Source of the DNA: an uncultured virus (IMG/VR IMGVR_UViG_3300010346_002377)
Lineage: Duplodnaviria; Heunggongvirae; Uroviricota; Caudoviricetes
DNA: 64,000 nt
Virus record (IMG/VR): IMGVR_UViG_3300010346_002377
Strand: one strand, 5' to 3'
The notes beneath the pieces were generated by a model that did not search any database, was not told the DNA's origin, and saw nothing but the letters and a program-made list of their open reading frames with translations. Below are positions 54,499 to 62,251 of this stretch, one piece after another; the first letter of the stretch is position 1; each line of letters opens with the position of its first letter. Made by a program: the position numbers and the translations under genes.

Positions 54499-54959
54499 TT
54501 CTGTTTCTCCAGTTTGTTCAATGCTTTCCTTGCCGCGGCGATTCCGCGGATGCTCTTCCTCAGTCGCTCCTTCTCCGCCGGCGGGATTGAGATCGTGTCC
54601 TCGTCGAGCGCCACGACGTAGCCCCCATCGTGCCCGGTGTCCACGACGAAAAAGTCACCGTCGAACCCGGCGAACGTGCTTGGCCCGTACCCGTTGCCGG
54701 CCGCGCTTTCTCCCTCGAACACGCAACCGCGCACCGCCGCGTCCGTGAGTTCGGTGGTCCATCCGTAGTTTGCTTCATAACAAACTCCGGTCAGCGTTTT
54801 GTCGGTCTCTTCCTCCGTTTCATCGAGACAGTTGGACAGGTCCCCGAAGATCTTGTTCCAGATTTTCATGTCTTCCTTGCGGACGCGAATCCGCAGCCAG
54901 CATCTATCGCCCATTGTCTGAAGCGTGAAAAGATGCGGGTTTGTTTTGTGGTCTATCAT
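54495..54959 (-). CDS. Hypothetical protein (MGDRC...EANYG type)
   Basis: RBS AAGGAG before ATG 54959; alternative start at 54914. Confidence 0.65.
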   Translation of the reverse strand: MIDHKTNPHLFTLQTMGDRCWLRIRVRKEDMKIWNKIFGDLSNCLDETEEETDKTLTGVCYEANYGWTTELTDAAVRGCVFEGESAAGNGYGPSTFAGFDGDFFVVDTGHDGGYVVALDEDTISIPPAEKERLRKSIRGIAAARKALNKLEKQK

Positions 54960-55075
54960 TTGTTCTCCTTGTTAAAAGTGGACCGGGTGCCGCGGCTACA
55001 AGAAACGCGCGATCGGCGCGGCCGGGCTGCGTTCAGCCCGCCCTATCCAGGTGCCCCGGTCCTAAAATGCAAGGC

Positions 55076-55104
55076 GGCCCCGCTCCTTTTCGGGGAACGG
55101 GGCC
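55076..55104 (-). terminator. GC hairpin, possible weak terminator
   Basis: GGCCCCGTTCC...GAAA...GGAGCGGGGCC on the minus strand just after the 55119 stop; poor U-tract. Confidence 0.4.
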
Positions 55105-55118
55105 GGCGTTGCGGGTTG

Positions 55119-55295
55119 TTATTTTGGTTTGAACTCTTCCTTGGCGAGCCGCACGATTTCGTCCAGCTCGGCGGCGCGGATCAACAGCTCCTCCGCCAGC
55201 AGGGCCCGCGTGTTCTCGTCGGCCGCTATGTTGCGATGGTGGTCGGCGCGGGCGAGGCACAGGGCCAAGAAGGCGGACAGGTCGTTTTTTGCCAT
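55119..55295 (-). CDS. Small helical hypothetical protein (58 aa)
   Basis: ATG 2 nt after the nuclease stop; MAKNDLSAFLALCLAR...EEFKPK*. Confidence 0.55.
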   Translation of the reverse strand: MAKNDLSAFLALCLARADHHRNIAADENTRALLAEELLIRAAELDEIVRLAKEEFKPK

Positions 55296-55297
55296 GC

Positions 55298-56419
55298 CTA
55301 CTTTGGTTCCTTGAGCAGCAGTTCGCTGCTCAGTTTGGCGCTGCGCTGCAGGAATCGCACGGGGCTGCCCCGCTTGACGAGGTCGCCGAGCGCGTCCTCC
55401 ACCGCCTGCCGAGCTTCGCGCTTCGTTCCGCCCGTCTCCGCCAGCTTCTCGGCCAGTTTCGACAGCCCCGGCTTGCCACAGCACGACAGGAAGTCCTCCA
55501 CGGACATCGCGCCGCGCAGCTTCTCGTAGACCGACAGCACGTCGTCGCCGGACACGTAGGCGTTGCCTTCCCGTTCCCGCCGGGAGTACCCGGGGACCTC
55601 GAGGCCGGACTCGAACACGCGCTGGGTAAGCAAGGGCTTGCGGGCCTCCGCGTACTTCACGAGCAGGTCGATCATGGCCAGGTTCTGGCTGATCTCCGTT
55701 TCCGTCAGCGTGTCCACGGGCGCCAGCAACGAGGCCACGGGGAACGTCAGGGCCGCCTCCGTCGCCGGGGCGACAATGGCAGTCTGGAACGCGGGGCAGC
55801 GGGCGCGATGGGCGCATTTGCCGCAAAGCAGATCGTGCGGCGTCGGCGGCGCGAACGGATCGTCGGCGCGCTTGATGACGGCGTCGATTTCCTTCATGCC
55901 GGCTTCGATGGAGTCGCGGGTGTAGACGTGGGTCTCCAGTTCTTCGGTGCGCGGGGCAACCAAGGCAACGAGGACTTCGTCTATATCCTTCGCCCAGCGC
56001 GCGAACACTGCGTCGGCGTAGGCCCGAAGCTGGAGACAATTCTCGGCGGTCGTGATTAGACCCAACCTGCCCAGTTTCCAATCGCCGGCGAGCGCGCGTC
56101 GCTTTGGAAACGCGAGACACACGAGGTCCGACGTTCCGCGGAGCCCGTAGCGGCACTCCAGCTTCAGCTCGGGCAGCCGGACGTAGCCGTCGGAGTCGCT
56201 TTGCCAGCCGAGCCACCCGACTTGGAGCGCGGACATGGCTTCCTGCGCGGTTTCGACGGCGCTCAGCTGCTCGCCTTCGAGCCCGTCGAATTCGCCGGTT
56301 TCAAGTCGGCCGTGCAGCATGGTGCCTTCTTCGGCGGCTTCGTTCGAAACGAATTCCTCGAAGGCAAATTTGGGGCAGAATTTCAGGTAGTCTAGTTTTG
56401 ATGGGCTGATTTTAGCCAT
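55298..56419 (-). CDS. PD-(D/E)XK exonuclease, Cas4/DUF2800-like
   Basis: ISPSKL..L.FCP, EGTMLH, GTSDLV, DWKLG, QLRAYA and the CGKCAHRARCP Cys cluster. Confidence 0.85.
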   Translation of the reverse strand: MAKISPSKLDYLKFCPKFAFEEFVSNEAAEEGTMLHGRLETGEFDGLEGEQLSAVETAQEAMSALQVGWLGWQSDSDGYVRLPELKLECRYGLRGTSDLVCLAFPKRRALAGDWKLGRLGLITTAENCLQLRAYADAVFARWAKDIDEVLVALVAPRTEELETHVYTRDSIEAGMKEIDAVIKRADDPFAPPTPHDLLCGKCAHRARCPAFQTAIVAPATEAALTFPVASLLAPVDTLTETEISQNLAMIDLLVKYAEARKPLLTQRVFESGLEVPGYSRREREGNAYVSGDDVLSVYEKLRGAMSVEDFLSCCGKPGLSKLAEKLAETGGTKREARQAVEDALGDLVKRGSPVRFLQRSAKLSSELLLKEPK

Positions 56420-56436
56420 TGGGTTTCCTTTGTTGG

Positions 56437-57774
56437 TTATTCTATTAGCTTCGACAGGTCCAGGTCGTCGTCCTGCAACGCCGACATGTTCGATATTTTT
56501 CCGGACAGAATCCGGAACACGCGTTCTTCGATCGGCACGCCGTCCAGCAGCACGATCCGGTTGATGGACGGCGTCTTGCTGTTGGCCCTATGTACCCGGC
56601 CGAGCAGCTGAACAAGTCCGACCGAAGTCAGCGGCAGGTTGTGGTAGGCGATGCGCGGGTGCCCCCCGTGCTCGTCGCCAAGGCTAAGCCCCACTCCGCC
56701 GGCGTCGATCGAAAGCGCGCAGAGGCGCGTCTCGTTCGACTGGAACCTGACGACATGGGCGTCCCGCTCCGCAGGCGTCTGGGTGCGGCCCTGCGGGTCG
56801 CTCCCGTACACCAGCGCAGGAGCGTGCGCCTTCATTTCGTCGGCGAACTGGAACAGCGGGGTGGTAAAGTTGAACGACACCACGACCGACATTCCTTCTT
56901 CCAGCGATTCTTCGACGAGCTCCTTCAGAACGGGCAGCTTCTCCGCCTCGATCCTCTGGCGCCAGCGGAGCATCCGAACCATCTCGTGTTTGGAAGCATC
57001 CGGGTTCTTCAGCTCTTCGGCCAGCGAAGCGTACGCGGCTTGCGTCGCTTTCCGGGCGGCGTCGCTCGGCGTGACGGGGTCCACGATGTTCTGCACCTTT
57101 GGGAAGCCGGGGACGTCCTCGCTGCGCAGGCGCACCCCGAAAGCGGGGAACAGCTGCGCGTTGATGCCCGCCATGATCTCGGTCGCGCGGCGCCCCTTGA
57201 CGAAGCGCCACGGGTGCCCGTTGATCGCCGGGTCGCGGAAGCACCCGTGTTCCCGGGCCCAGCTATAGAAATTCTTCCACGATACCAGCTCAGACAAATG
57301 GAGAAGGAGTCGCAGCTTCAACGGCGAGTCGGCGAGCGTCGCGCTCAAGCCGAGCACGTTTATCCCGCGCGCTTTCGCGTTGGCCGCCATGTACGCGTTC
57401 TGGCTTTCCAGGCCGCCGTGCCGGTGAATTTCGTCCACGATCAGCCAGTCGCCCGGTTCCAGCCCCGTCCATGTCCACACGTAGTTGCTCTTTTTCTCGA
57501 GCACTTTCGGCTGTCGGCCCGTGCGCAGCTTTTCCACGTTGTACGTGAATTTGGAAGACAGCCCCATCGCGGCCGCGGTCTTCGCCCAGGCAGACAAGGT
57601 TACCCGCGGGGCCAGTACGCCGAACGGCCGGTTCGCCCGCTTCATCAGCTCGAGGGCCATCACCGTCTTGCCGTAGCCCGTCGAGGCCGCCAGCAGCACG
57701 AGCGGTTTGTTCGCACGCACAAGCGTTTCCAGCGCCGGCATCGGCGCTTCCTGGTATGAGTGTAATTCTAACAT
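56437..57774 (-). CDS. SF2 (DExH/SNF2-like) helicase
   Basis: YQ motif, ASTGYGKT, VDEIH, LSAT, AGGVGLSL, QLLGRVHR. Confidence 0.88.
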   Translation of the reverse strand: MLELHSYQEAPMPALETLVRANKPLVLLAASTGYGKTVMALELMKRANRPFGVLAPRVTLSAWAKTAAAMGLSSKFTYNVEKLRTGRQPKVLEKKSNYVWTWTGLEPGDWLIVDEIHRHGGLESQNAYMAANAKARGINVLGLSATLADSPLKLRLLLHLSELVSWKNFYSWAREHGCFRDPAINGHPWRFVKGRRATEIMAGINAQLFPAFGVRLRSEDVPGFPKVQNIVDPVTPSDAARKATQAAYASLAEELKNPDASKHEMVRMLRWRQRIEAEKLPVLKELVEESLEEGMSVVVSFNFTTPLFQFADEMKAHAPALVYGSDPQGRTQTPAERDAHVVRFQSNETRLCALSIDAGGVGLSLGDEHGGHPRIAYHNLPLTSVGLVQLLGRVHRANSKTPSINRIVLLDGVPIEERVFRILSGKISNMSALQDDDLDLSKLIE

Positions 57775-58120
57775 GCAAAGCTCCTAAAATGGTGAAAGGT
57801 TTCAGTATCCGCACGTATTCGGCGAAGTCGGCGGGCGCATGAATTGCCCGCAACTTTGCCACGTCGGCGTGCAAAATGGGAGGAAGCCCGCGGAGCAATC
57901 TCCGGCGGGCTTCTTCTTTGTCTGGATCGTTGGGCATCGGGAACGCCTGTTCCCATAGCTTCGAGTAGGCTGGAGTTTGCAGCAGCGCAAAGTCTTCCAG
58001 CCCGTCCATCGTCCACTGCCTTGAGCGGCGCACGGAAGCCAGGGATTCGGCGAGCTGGTTCAGGTGGGAAAGCGCAACCAGTTTCCTGATCGCCCATATT
58101 GACAGCGGCGCATCTTGCAT
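57290..58120 (-). CDS. Hypothetical protein upstream of the helicase; its reading frame runs on into the helicase gene
   Basis: Plausible coding 58120-57775 (MQDAPLSIWAIRK...); no stop until 57290. Confidence 0.35.
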   Translation of the reverse strand: MQDAPLSIWAIRKLVALSHLNQLAESLASVRRSRQWTMDGLEDFALLQTPAYSKLWEQAFPMPNDPDKEEARRRLLRGLPPILHADVAKLRAIHAPADFAEYVRILKPFTILGALHVRITLIPGSADAGAGNACACEQTARAAGGLDGLRQDGDGPRADEAGEPAVRRTGPAGNLVCLGEDRGRDGAVFQIHVQRGKAAHGPTAESAREKEQLRVDMDGAGTGRLADRGRNSPARRPGKPERVHGGQRESARDKRARLERDARRLAVEAATPSPFV

Positions 58121-58250
58121 GTTGACCTTTCGGAATATGCCCGGATGCAACTACTTTTTCTGTTTGCCGTCAACCCCCTTGTTTTCGATTGCCCACCCCA
58201 ATTCGCCCGCGACGTATTCGACCGATTGATTTCAACGTAGCATCTGTCGC

Positions 58251-58493
58251 TCATTCGATCTCCTTCGTTTCGGTTTCCACGTCCAGCGTTTCCCACTTGT
58301 CCTCGGCGAGAAGCTCCCGCGCGCGCCGCTCCGCCCGGTCTTCGTCCCGCGCCGACACGCGGACCGCCTGCTTCTGGTCGCGCCAGAAGACGACCTCGTA
58401 TTCGGTTTCGCGCCCGTCGTCGTACGCGGCGGGACCGATGCAGGCGGGGCATGCCCCGCAGCACCGGTCGTCGCAGTTCGTCATTCGGTTCAC
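58251..58493 (-). CDS. Small protein, Cys-rich N-terminus with DpnD/PcfM-like module
   Basis: RBS AAGGAG, GTGA overlap; CCGACPAC then YEVVF....AVRVSARDEDRA. Confidence 0.55.
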   Translation of the reverse strand: MNRMTNCDDRCCGACPACIGPAAYDDGRETEYEVVFWRDQKQAVRVSARDEDRAERRARELLAEDKWETLDVETETKEIE

Positions 58494-58717
58494 GTGCACT
58501 CCTTCGCCCAGGCGAGAAAGTTCTCCGCGTTCTCGAACAGGCAGGACCATTCGTAGGCCCCGTTCCGCGAACACTTCGTCACGCGGATCTCCCCCGCCTG
58601 CGTCGCGTACGCGGCGAATCTTCCGTACTCCTTCCCGCGCGGGTCGGGCTTCTGCAGCCCGTAGTCGGGCGGGGCGAACCCGGCGCCGATGATCTTCATC
58701 GCGAGTTCGCTATCCAT
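58490..58717 (-). CDS. Hypothetical protein
   Basis: RBS AAGGAG; overlaps both neighbours. Confidence 0.6.
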   Translation of the reverse strand: MDSELAMKIIGAGFAPPDYGLQKPDPRGKEYGRFAAYATQAGEIRVTKCSRNGAYEWSCLFENAENFLAWAKECT

Positions 58718-59096
58718 TGTTTTTCTCCTTCTTCCACTCCTCGAACGGGAGCTTCGTCTCGCCGCGCTTTACGGCGGTCTGCCAGTCATTGTACTCAGAC
58801 CACTTGGCCTCCGTCACGGTCGGGTTTTCCGTGGGGCCGGTGATGGTCTTCACGGACTTGGCGCCGAGGACCCGGAGTTCGACATTTCGATAGTCGACGG
58901 AAACGGCGACAGCGGGCTCCATGTTGAAGCCCATGAGTCGTCCGCTTGGAGAGCGCCGGCCGTCCTTGGCCATGCGCTTCGCCATTTCTTCGGCGTAGCC
59001 GATGATCCAGTCGACGGCCTCCGAGCTGACCGTCTTCACACCTTCGCCCTTGGACAGGATGTCCTGCAGCAGGGCCCTGTTGATTTTTTTGCTCAT
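58710..59096 (-). CDS. Putative histone-fold protein with C-terminal Trp-rich module
   Basis: KINRALLQDILSKGEGVKTVSSEAVDWIIGYAEEMAKRMAK resembles alpha1-L1-alpha2 of prokaryotic histones; C-terminal WSEYNDWQTAVKRGETKLPFEEW. Confidence 0.5.
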   Translation of the reverse strand: MSKKINRALLQDILSKGEGVKTVSSEAVDWIIGYAEEMAKRMAKDGRRSPSGRLMGFNMEPAVAVSVDYRNVELRVLGAKSVKTITGPTENPTVTEAKWSEYNDWQTAVKRGETKLPFEEWKKEKNNG

Positions 59097-59097
59097 T

Positions 59098-59406
59098 TCA
59101 GTTCTCCAGGTCGATGTAGACGGGGCCGTGCTTGGCCTCTTCGCGGTACTCCGCCATCTTCTTCAACCAGCGCCGGAACGCGCGGTTGCCCGCGATGGAC
59201 AAGTCCTCGCCGTTCGAGAAGGTCTCGGCAGCGTGCTCGATGAAGGACTCGAAGTCCACCAGCGACCGGTTGTTGTCACCCCAGGTGAACGGGGCGCCCT
59301 CCGAGAACTGCGACCAGAACCAGGAGCCCCAGCTCCGGGGCACCAGGCTCGTCGCGGGAACGAACTCGCAGGTTTCAATCAGGTTTTGCAGCGTTTTCTT
59401 GCTCAT
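59098..59406 (-). CDS. Hypothetical protein
   Basis: RBS GAGG, ATGA overlap; FTWGDNNRSLV motif and YIDLEN end. Confidence 0.6.
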   Translation of the reverse strand: MSKKTLQNLIETCEFVPATSLVPRSWGSWFWSQFSEGAPFTWGDNNRSLVDFESFIEHAAETFSNGEDLSIAGNRAFRRWLKKMAEYREEAKHGPVYIDLEN

Positions 59407-59684
59407 TTCTTCCTCGCTTTCACGATCCAGCGGCGCAGGTCCGAAGTCCGTTTTCCGCAACCGGTGCAGCGGAACTTCAGCTTGCCGGCCGGACGCTGTC
59501 CGTCCCAGTCGACTTCCGTGTACCCGACCCAGTCGATCGAGCCGTCGGCGAACACGCCTTGTATTTGGGCTTCGCCCGGGATCAAGTCGTCCTCGACGAA
59601 GTCGTGCCCGCCGCAGCGCGGGCAGGCCACCTGGCCGTCGGCGCAGGAGAACTGCTCAGGCAACGACTTTTTGTTCTCGCTCAT
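59403..59684 (-). CDS. Zinc-ribbon protein
   Basis: RBS AGGAGG; CPRC...CTGC. Confidence 0.65.
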   Translation of the reverse strand: MSENKKSLPEQFSCADGQVACPRCGGHDFVEDDLIPGEAQIQGVFADGSIDWVGYTEVDWDGQRPAGKLKFRCTGCGKRTSDLRRWIVKARKK

Positions 59685-59724
59685 TCTTTTCCTCCTAGTA
59701 TTTCATGCGGTATCGCCATGTTGC

Positions 59725-59976
59725 TCATCCGAAGCTCCTTCTGGCCGCCCGCTCGTTGTCAAATAGCCGGCAGCCCCAATAATAGGCTTTGTCCTTTTCG
59801 ATGCGGAAGAAGCCAATTCCATACTCGGCTGGCTTTTCCCGCTCCAGCCGGTCCCGCAGGTTGGCTACCGCGTCGAGGAAGGTGGCGCCTTTCGCCGTCC
59901 CCAGTTTTCGCGCGGGGCCGCCCCCGCCGGTCGCGGCGAACCCCTCGGACCAAACCGTGAATTCTTTTTCGCTCAT
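59725..59976 (-). CDS. Small phage protein (WSEGFAATG...WGCRLFDNE..AR.SFG motif)
   Basis: RBS GAGGAG; ATGA overlap. Confidence 0.65.
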   Translation of the reverse strand: MSEKEFTVWSEGFAATGGGGPARKLGTAKGATFLDAVANLRDRLEREKPAEYGIGFFRIEKDKAYYWGCRLFDNERAARRSFG

Positions 59977-60269
59977 GTTTCTCCTCTCATCATTTTCAGC
60001 ATCCATTGCTTCGTCGCCGGCTTCCCGGTGTCCACGATTCGCTGCGCAATTCTCGCGCACGCCGTCTCCCAGTCCAGGGTGGCGCCTTCCCACGGGTTCG
60101 GGCCGCGCTTGAACTCGACCTCGCCCAGCGTCATCGCCGAGCAGGCGACGGCGACCGCCGTCTTGCTGTCGTCCATGTCCTTCGCTTCGTTCGGCAGCTC
60201 CATCGCGATGCGCGCGGCGTTGAGGGAGGAGCCGAACTCCCCCGCCCAGACCTGTTTTTCTCTCTTCAT
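59973..60269 (-). CDS. Hypothetical protein
   Basis: RBS AAGGAG; tightly packed with its neighbours. Confidence 0.6.
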   Translation of the reverse strand: MKREKQVWAGEFGSSLNAARIAMELPNEAKDMDDSKTAVAVACSAMTLGEVEFKRGPNPWEGATLDWETACARIAQRIVDTGKPATKQWMLKMMRGET

Positions 60270-60281
60270 TGTTGCTCTCCT

Positions 60282-60791
60282 TTAGCTGTGGCAGTCGACC
60301 ACGACCGCCACCCCGTTCGGATAAGTTTTCTTCAGCCATTCAAGCGGCGGAAGTTCCTTGTCGGCGAATCTCGCGGGGCCCTCCGTCCACGGCGCGTGGC
60401 GGTACCCGTCGAACCACCCGTGTCCTTCGCAGCAGACGTCGTGCACGTCGAGATGTTCCCCGGTCAGCTTGTCGACCGGCAGAATGTCCCCGGCGCGAAC
60501 GGCCCACCCCGTGGGCCACTTCAATCTTTTGCCGGTCCCTTCGCACGCGTTGCAGCCGTTGGCCACTTCGATGTCCGTCCTTTTTCCGGTCCCTCCGCAG
60601 TATTCGCACTCGACCAGGTTGTTTGGGTCTTTGTCCGGATCGTACCCGTCGAACAGTCCCGTCCAGCGGCCGCCGATCTGGTACCAGTCCCACTCTATGT
60701 TGCAGTACGGGGCCAGCAGTTTCTCTACGGCCTCCTCCACGGTATCCACGGTTTTGGGTTCATCGAATATCGCCAATATGCAGTAGTGCAT
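60282..60791 (-). CDS. WDWYxxGGRW-motif phage protein with inserted DnaJ-type zinc finger
   Basis: RBS AAGGAG; MHYCIL start, WDWYQIGGRW, two CxxCxGxG (CEYCGGTG, CNACEGTG), VVDCHS end. Confidence 0.7.
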   Translation of the reverse strand: MHYCILAIFDEPKTVDTVEEAVEKLLAPYCNIEWDWYQIGGRWTGLFDGYDPDKDPNNLVECEYCGGTGKRTDIEVANGCNACEGTGKRLKWPTGWAVRAGDILPVDKLTGEHLDVHDVCCEGHGWFDGYRHAPWTEGPARFADKELPPLEWLKKTYPNGVAVVVDCHS

Positions 60792-60808
60792 TTGTTGTTC
60801 TCCTTGTT

Positions 60809-61096
60809 TTATAGTTTCCACGTCGCGTCGGCGACGCACAGCCGGCGGCCCTCGAAGACCGCGATCACTTTCAGGTCCGAGCCCGGCGGGTCGCCGAACT
60901 CGCCCGACTCGTTTCCTTCGACGCACTGCTTGCGCGCCTGGTCGGCGGCCCGCGAGTACAGCGTCTCGTCGTCCGGCGCGTCGTTTTTCACGCGCACCCA
61001 TTGCACCGAGATGTCCGCGCCGTAGTCTTCGGTGCAGTATTCCGGGTACAGCAGGACGACCGTGTACCATTTGAACCCTTTGAACTTTGTTTTCAT
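60809..61096 (-). CDS. Small phage protein (YTVVLLYPEY motif)
   Basis: RBS GGAGG, ATGA overlap; YTVVLLYPEY...VIAVFEG. Confidence 0.6.
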   Translation of the reverse strand: MKTKFKGFKWYTVVLLYPEYCTEDYGADISVQWVRVKNDAPDDETLYSRAADQARKQCVEGNESGEFGDPPGSDLKVIAVFEGRRLCVADATWKL

Positions 61097-61254
61097 TCTT
61101 CCTCCAACGGAGCTTGCCGCCCCAATTTGTGTTTGATGTTCTTCTTGTACCAAGGGCAGTCCCCATGGTTGCGGCAGCTCTTGTCCACGGCCTTGGCGCC
61201 ACGGTAGGGCTTGCGCTTCTCTTTGCCGTGCTTGATGGCCTTGTCGAGACTCAT
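61093..61254 (-). CDS. 53-aa basic protein MSLDKAI...CRNHGDC (not in the ORF track)
   Basis: ATGA overlaps at both ends; MSLDKAIKHGKEKRKPYRGAKAVDKSCRNHGDCPWYKKNIKHKLGRQAPLEEE*. Confidence 0.7.
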   Translation of the reverse strand: MSLDKAIKHGKEKRKPYRGAKAVDKSCRNHGDCPWYKKNIKHKLGRQAPLEEE

Positions 61255-61490
61255 AGCACTCCGTGCGTTTCGATCTTGGACTCCGACGAGAACGCCCCGT
61301 CGACGATCAGCGTCTGGCTGTAGCCCGCTTGAAGGGCCGCCTCGCCTGCGCGGTCGACGGCCTCGTTCGCAAACACGAACCCCTTGAACAGGGCGAACGC
61401 CTGCTTGCGCGTCTTCGGCTTTTCGGTCGCCCAGAAGTAGTTTTCTCCCTCGGGGATGCGTCCTACGAAGGCCCAGTATTTCTTGTTCAC
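61251..61490 (-). CDS. Hypothetical protein
   Basis: GTGA overlap at the start and ATGA overlap at the end. Confidence 0.55.
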   Translation of the reverse strand: MNKKYWAFVGRIPEGENYFWATEKPKTRKQAFALFKGFVFANEAVDRAGEAALQAGYSQTLIVDGAFSSESKIETHGVL

Positions 61491-61777
61491 TCTTTCACCG
61501 CTTTCCTGCGTTTGATTCCTTCGTTCATTAACTCCCGGGCTGCATTTAACTCGGCTGCTTCCAATGAAGCCTTTAGCTCTGTCAGGCACGCCGGGCAGAA
61601 CGGGGAGCTGTGTACTCCCGTCGGACAGCCGAGAGTCTCGCATTTGTTCATGGTGACGATGGCGCCCTCCATGTTGCGAGATTCCCAGCCGTGCCAGCGG
61701 TCCACAAGCTCCAACAGTTCATGTAATGCACGGACCCGTCGGACGCCGGGGGCGTTTATATTTCTCAGTTTTAGCAT
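61487..61777 (-). CDS. Hypothetical Cys-containing protein
   Basis: RBS GGAGGT; CETLGC...FCPAC. Confidence 0.55.
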   Translation of the reverse strand: MLKLRNINAPGVRRVRALHELLELVDRWHGWESRNMEGAIVTMNKCETLGCPTGVHSSPFCPACLTELKASLEAAELNAARELMNEGIKRRKAVKE

Positions 61778-61846
61778 TGCAATACCTCCTCCAGATCGCC
61801 AAGCTGCTGCTCTAGCAGATCCGGGTCCAGCGTCCCGTCAGGACCG

Positions 61847-62251
61847 TCAAGCATGCAGTCGATGCGGATCGTTCCCAAGAGGCGCCCAGCGTGCCGGAGC
61901 CTGCGCTCCAGGTCGCGGGGAACCTCCGGCGGCATGAATTTTTCCAGCTTGCCGGGAGATCCCTGGACGTATGATCCGTTGGCGCGAAGCTCCCGGTCGA
62001 TTCGCGGCGTCCTCGTCGTCCGGGTCGCGGCCTTTCCAGCCGAAGTCTTCCGCCGCCTCGACCGCGCCCGCGTATTCCGAGTAGTCGCAGCAGACGGCAA
62101 CGGGGTCGTACTCCAGCTCCTCGCCGCAACTTTCCTCGAGTTCGGTCAGATACTCGTACAGGGCGCGGCGGCCTTGCCGACTGAAGTTCTCGCTTCTGCC
62201 GACCCGGTCGAACCCGTCCACGAAGTCGGACTCCGTTACGTTTTGTTTCAT
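61847..62251 (-). CDS. Phage protein (F.D.F...GR..NFS...AL.EYL...D.VA.CCDYSEY) with an apparently frameshifted tail
   Basis: RBS AAGGAG, ATG 62251; the sequence after DDEDAA (about 62005) looks out of frame. Confidence 0.6.
   Translation of the reverse strand: MKQNVTESDFVDGFDRVGRSENFSRQGRRALYEYLTELEESCGEELEYDPVAVCCDYSEYAGAVEAAEDFGWKGRDPDDEDAANRPGASRQRIIRPGISRQAGKIHAAGGSPRPGAQAPARWAPLGNDPHRLHA

Noticed and set aside
55298..56419. Cas4-like gene as part of a CRISPR-Cas system
   Set aside because: No other cas genes or array; it sits in a standard phage helicase-nuclease-SSB-PolA replication module.
58145..58173. Promoter from minus-strand TTGACG at 58173
   Set aside because: No acceptable -10 box at 16-18 bp spacing.
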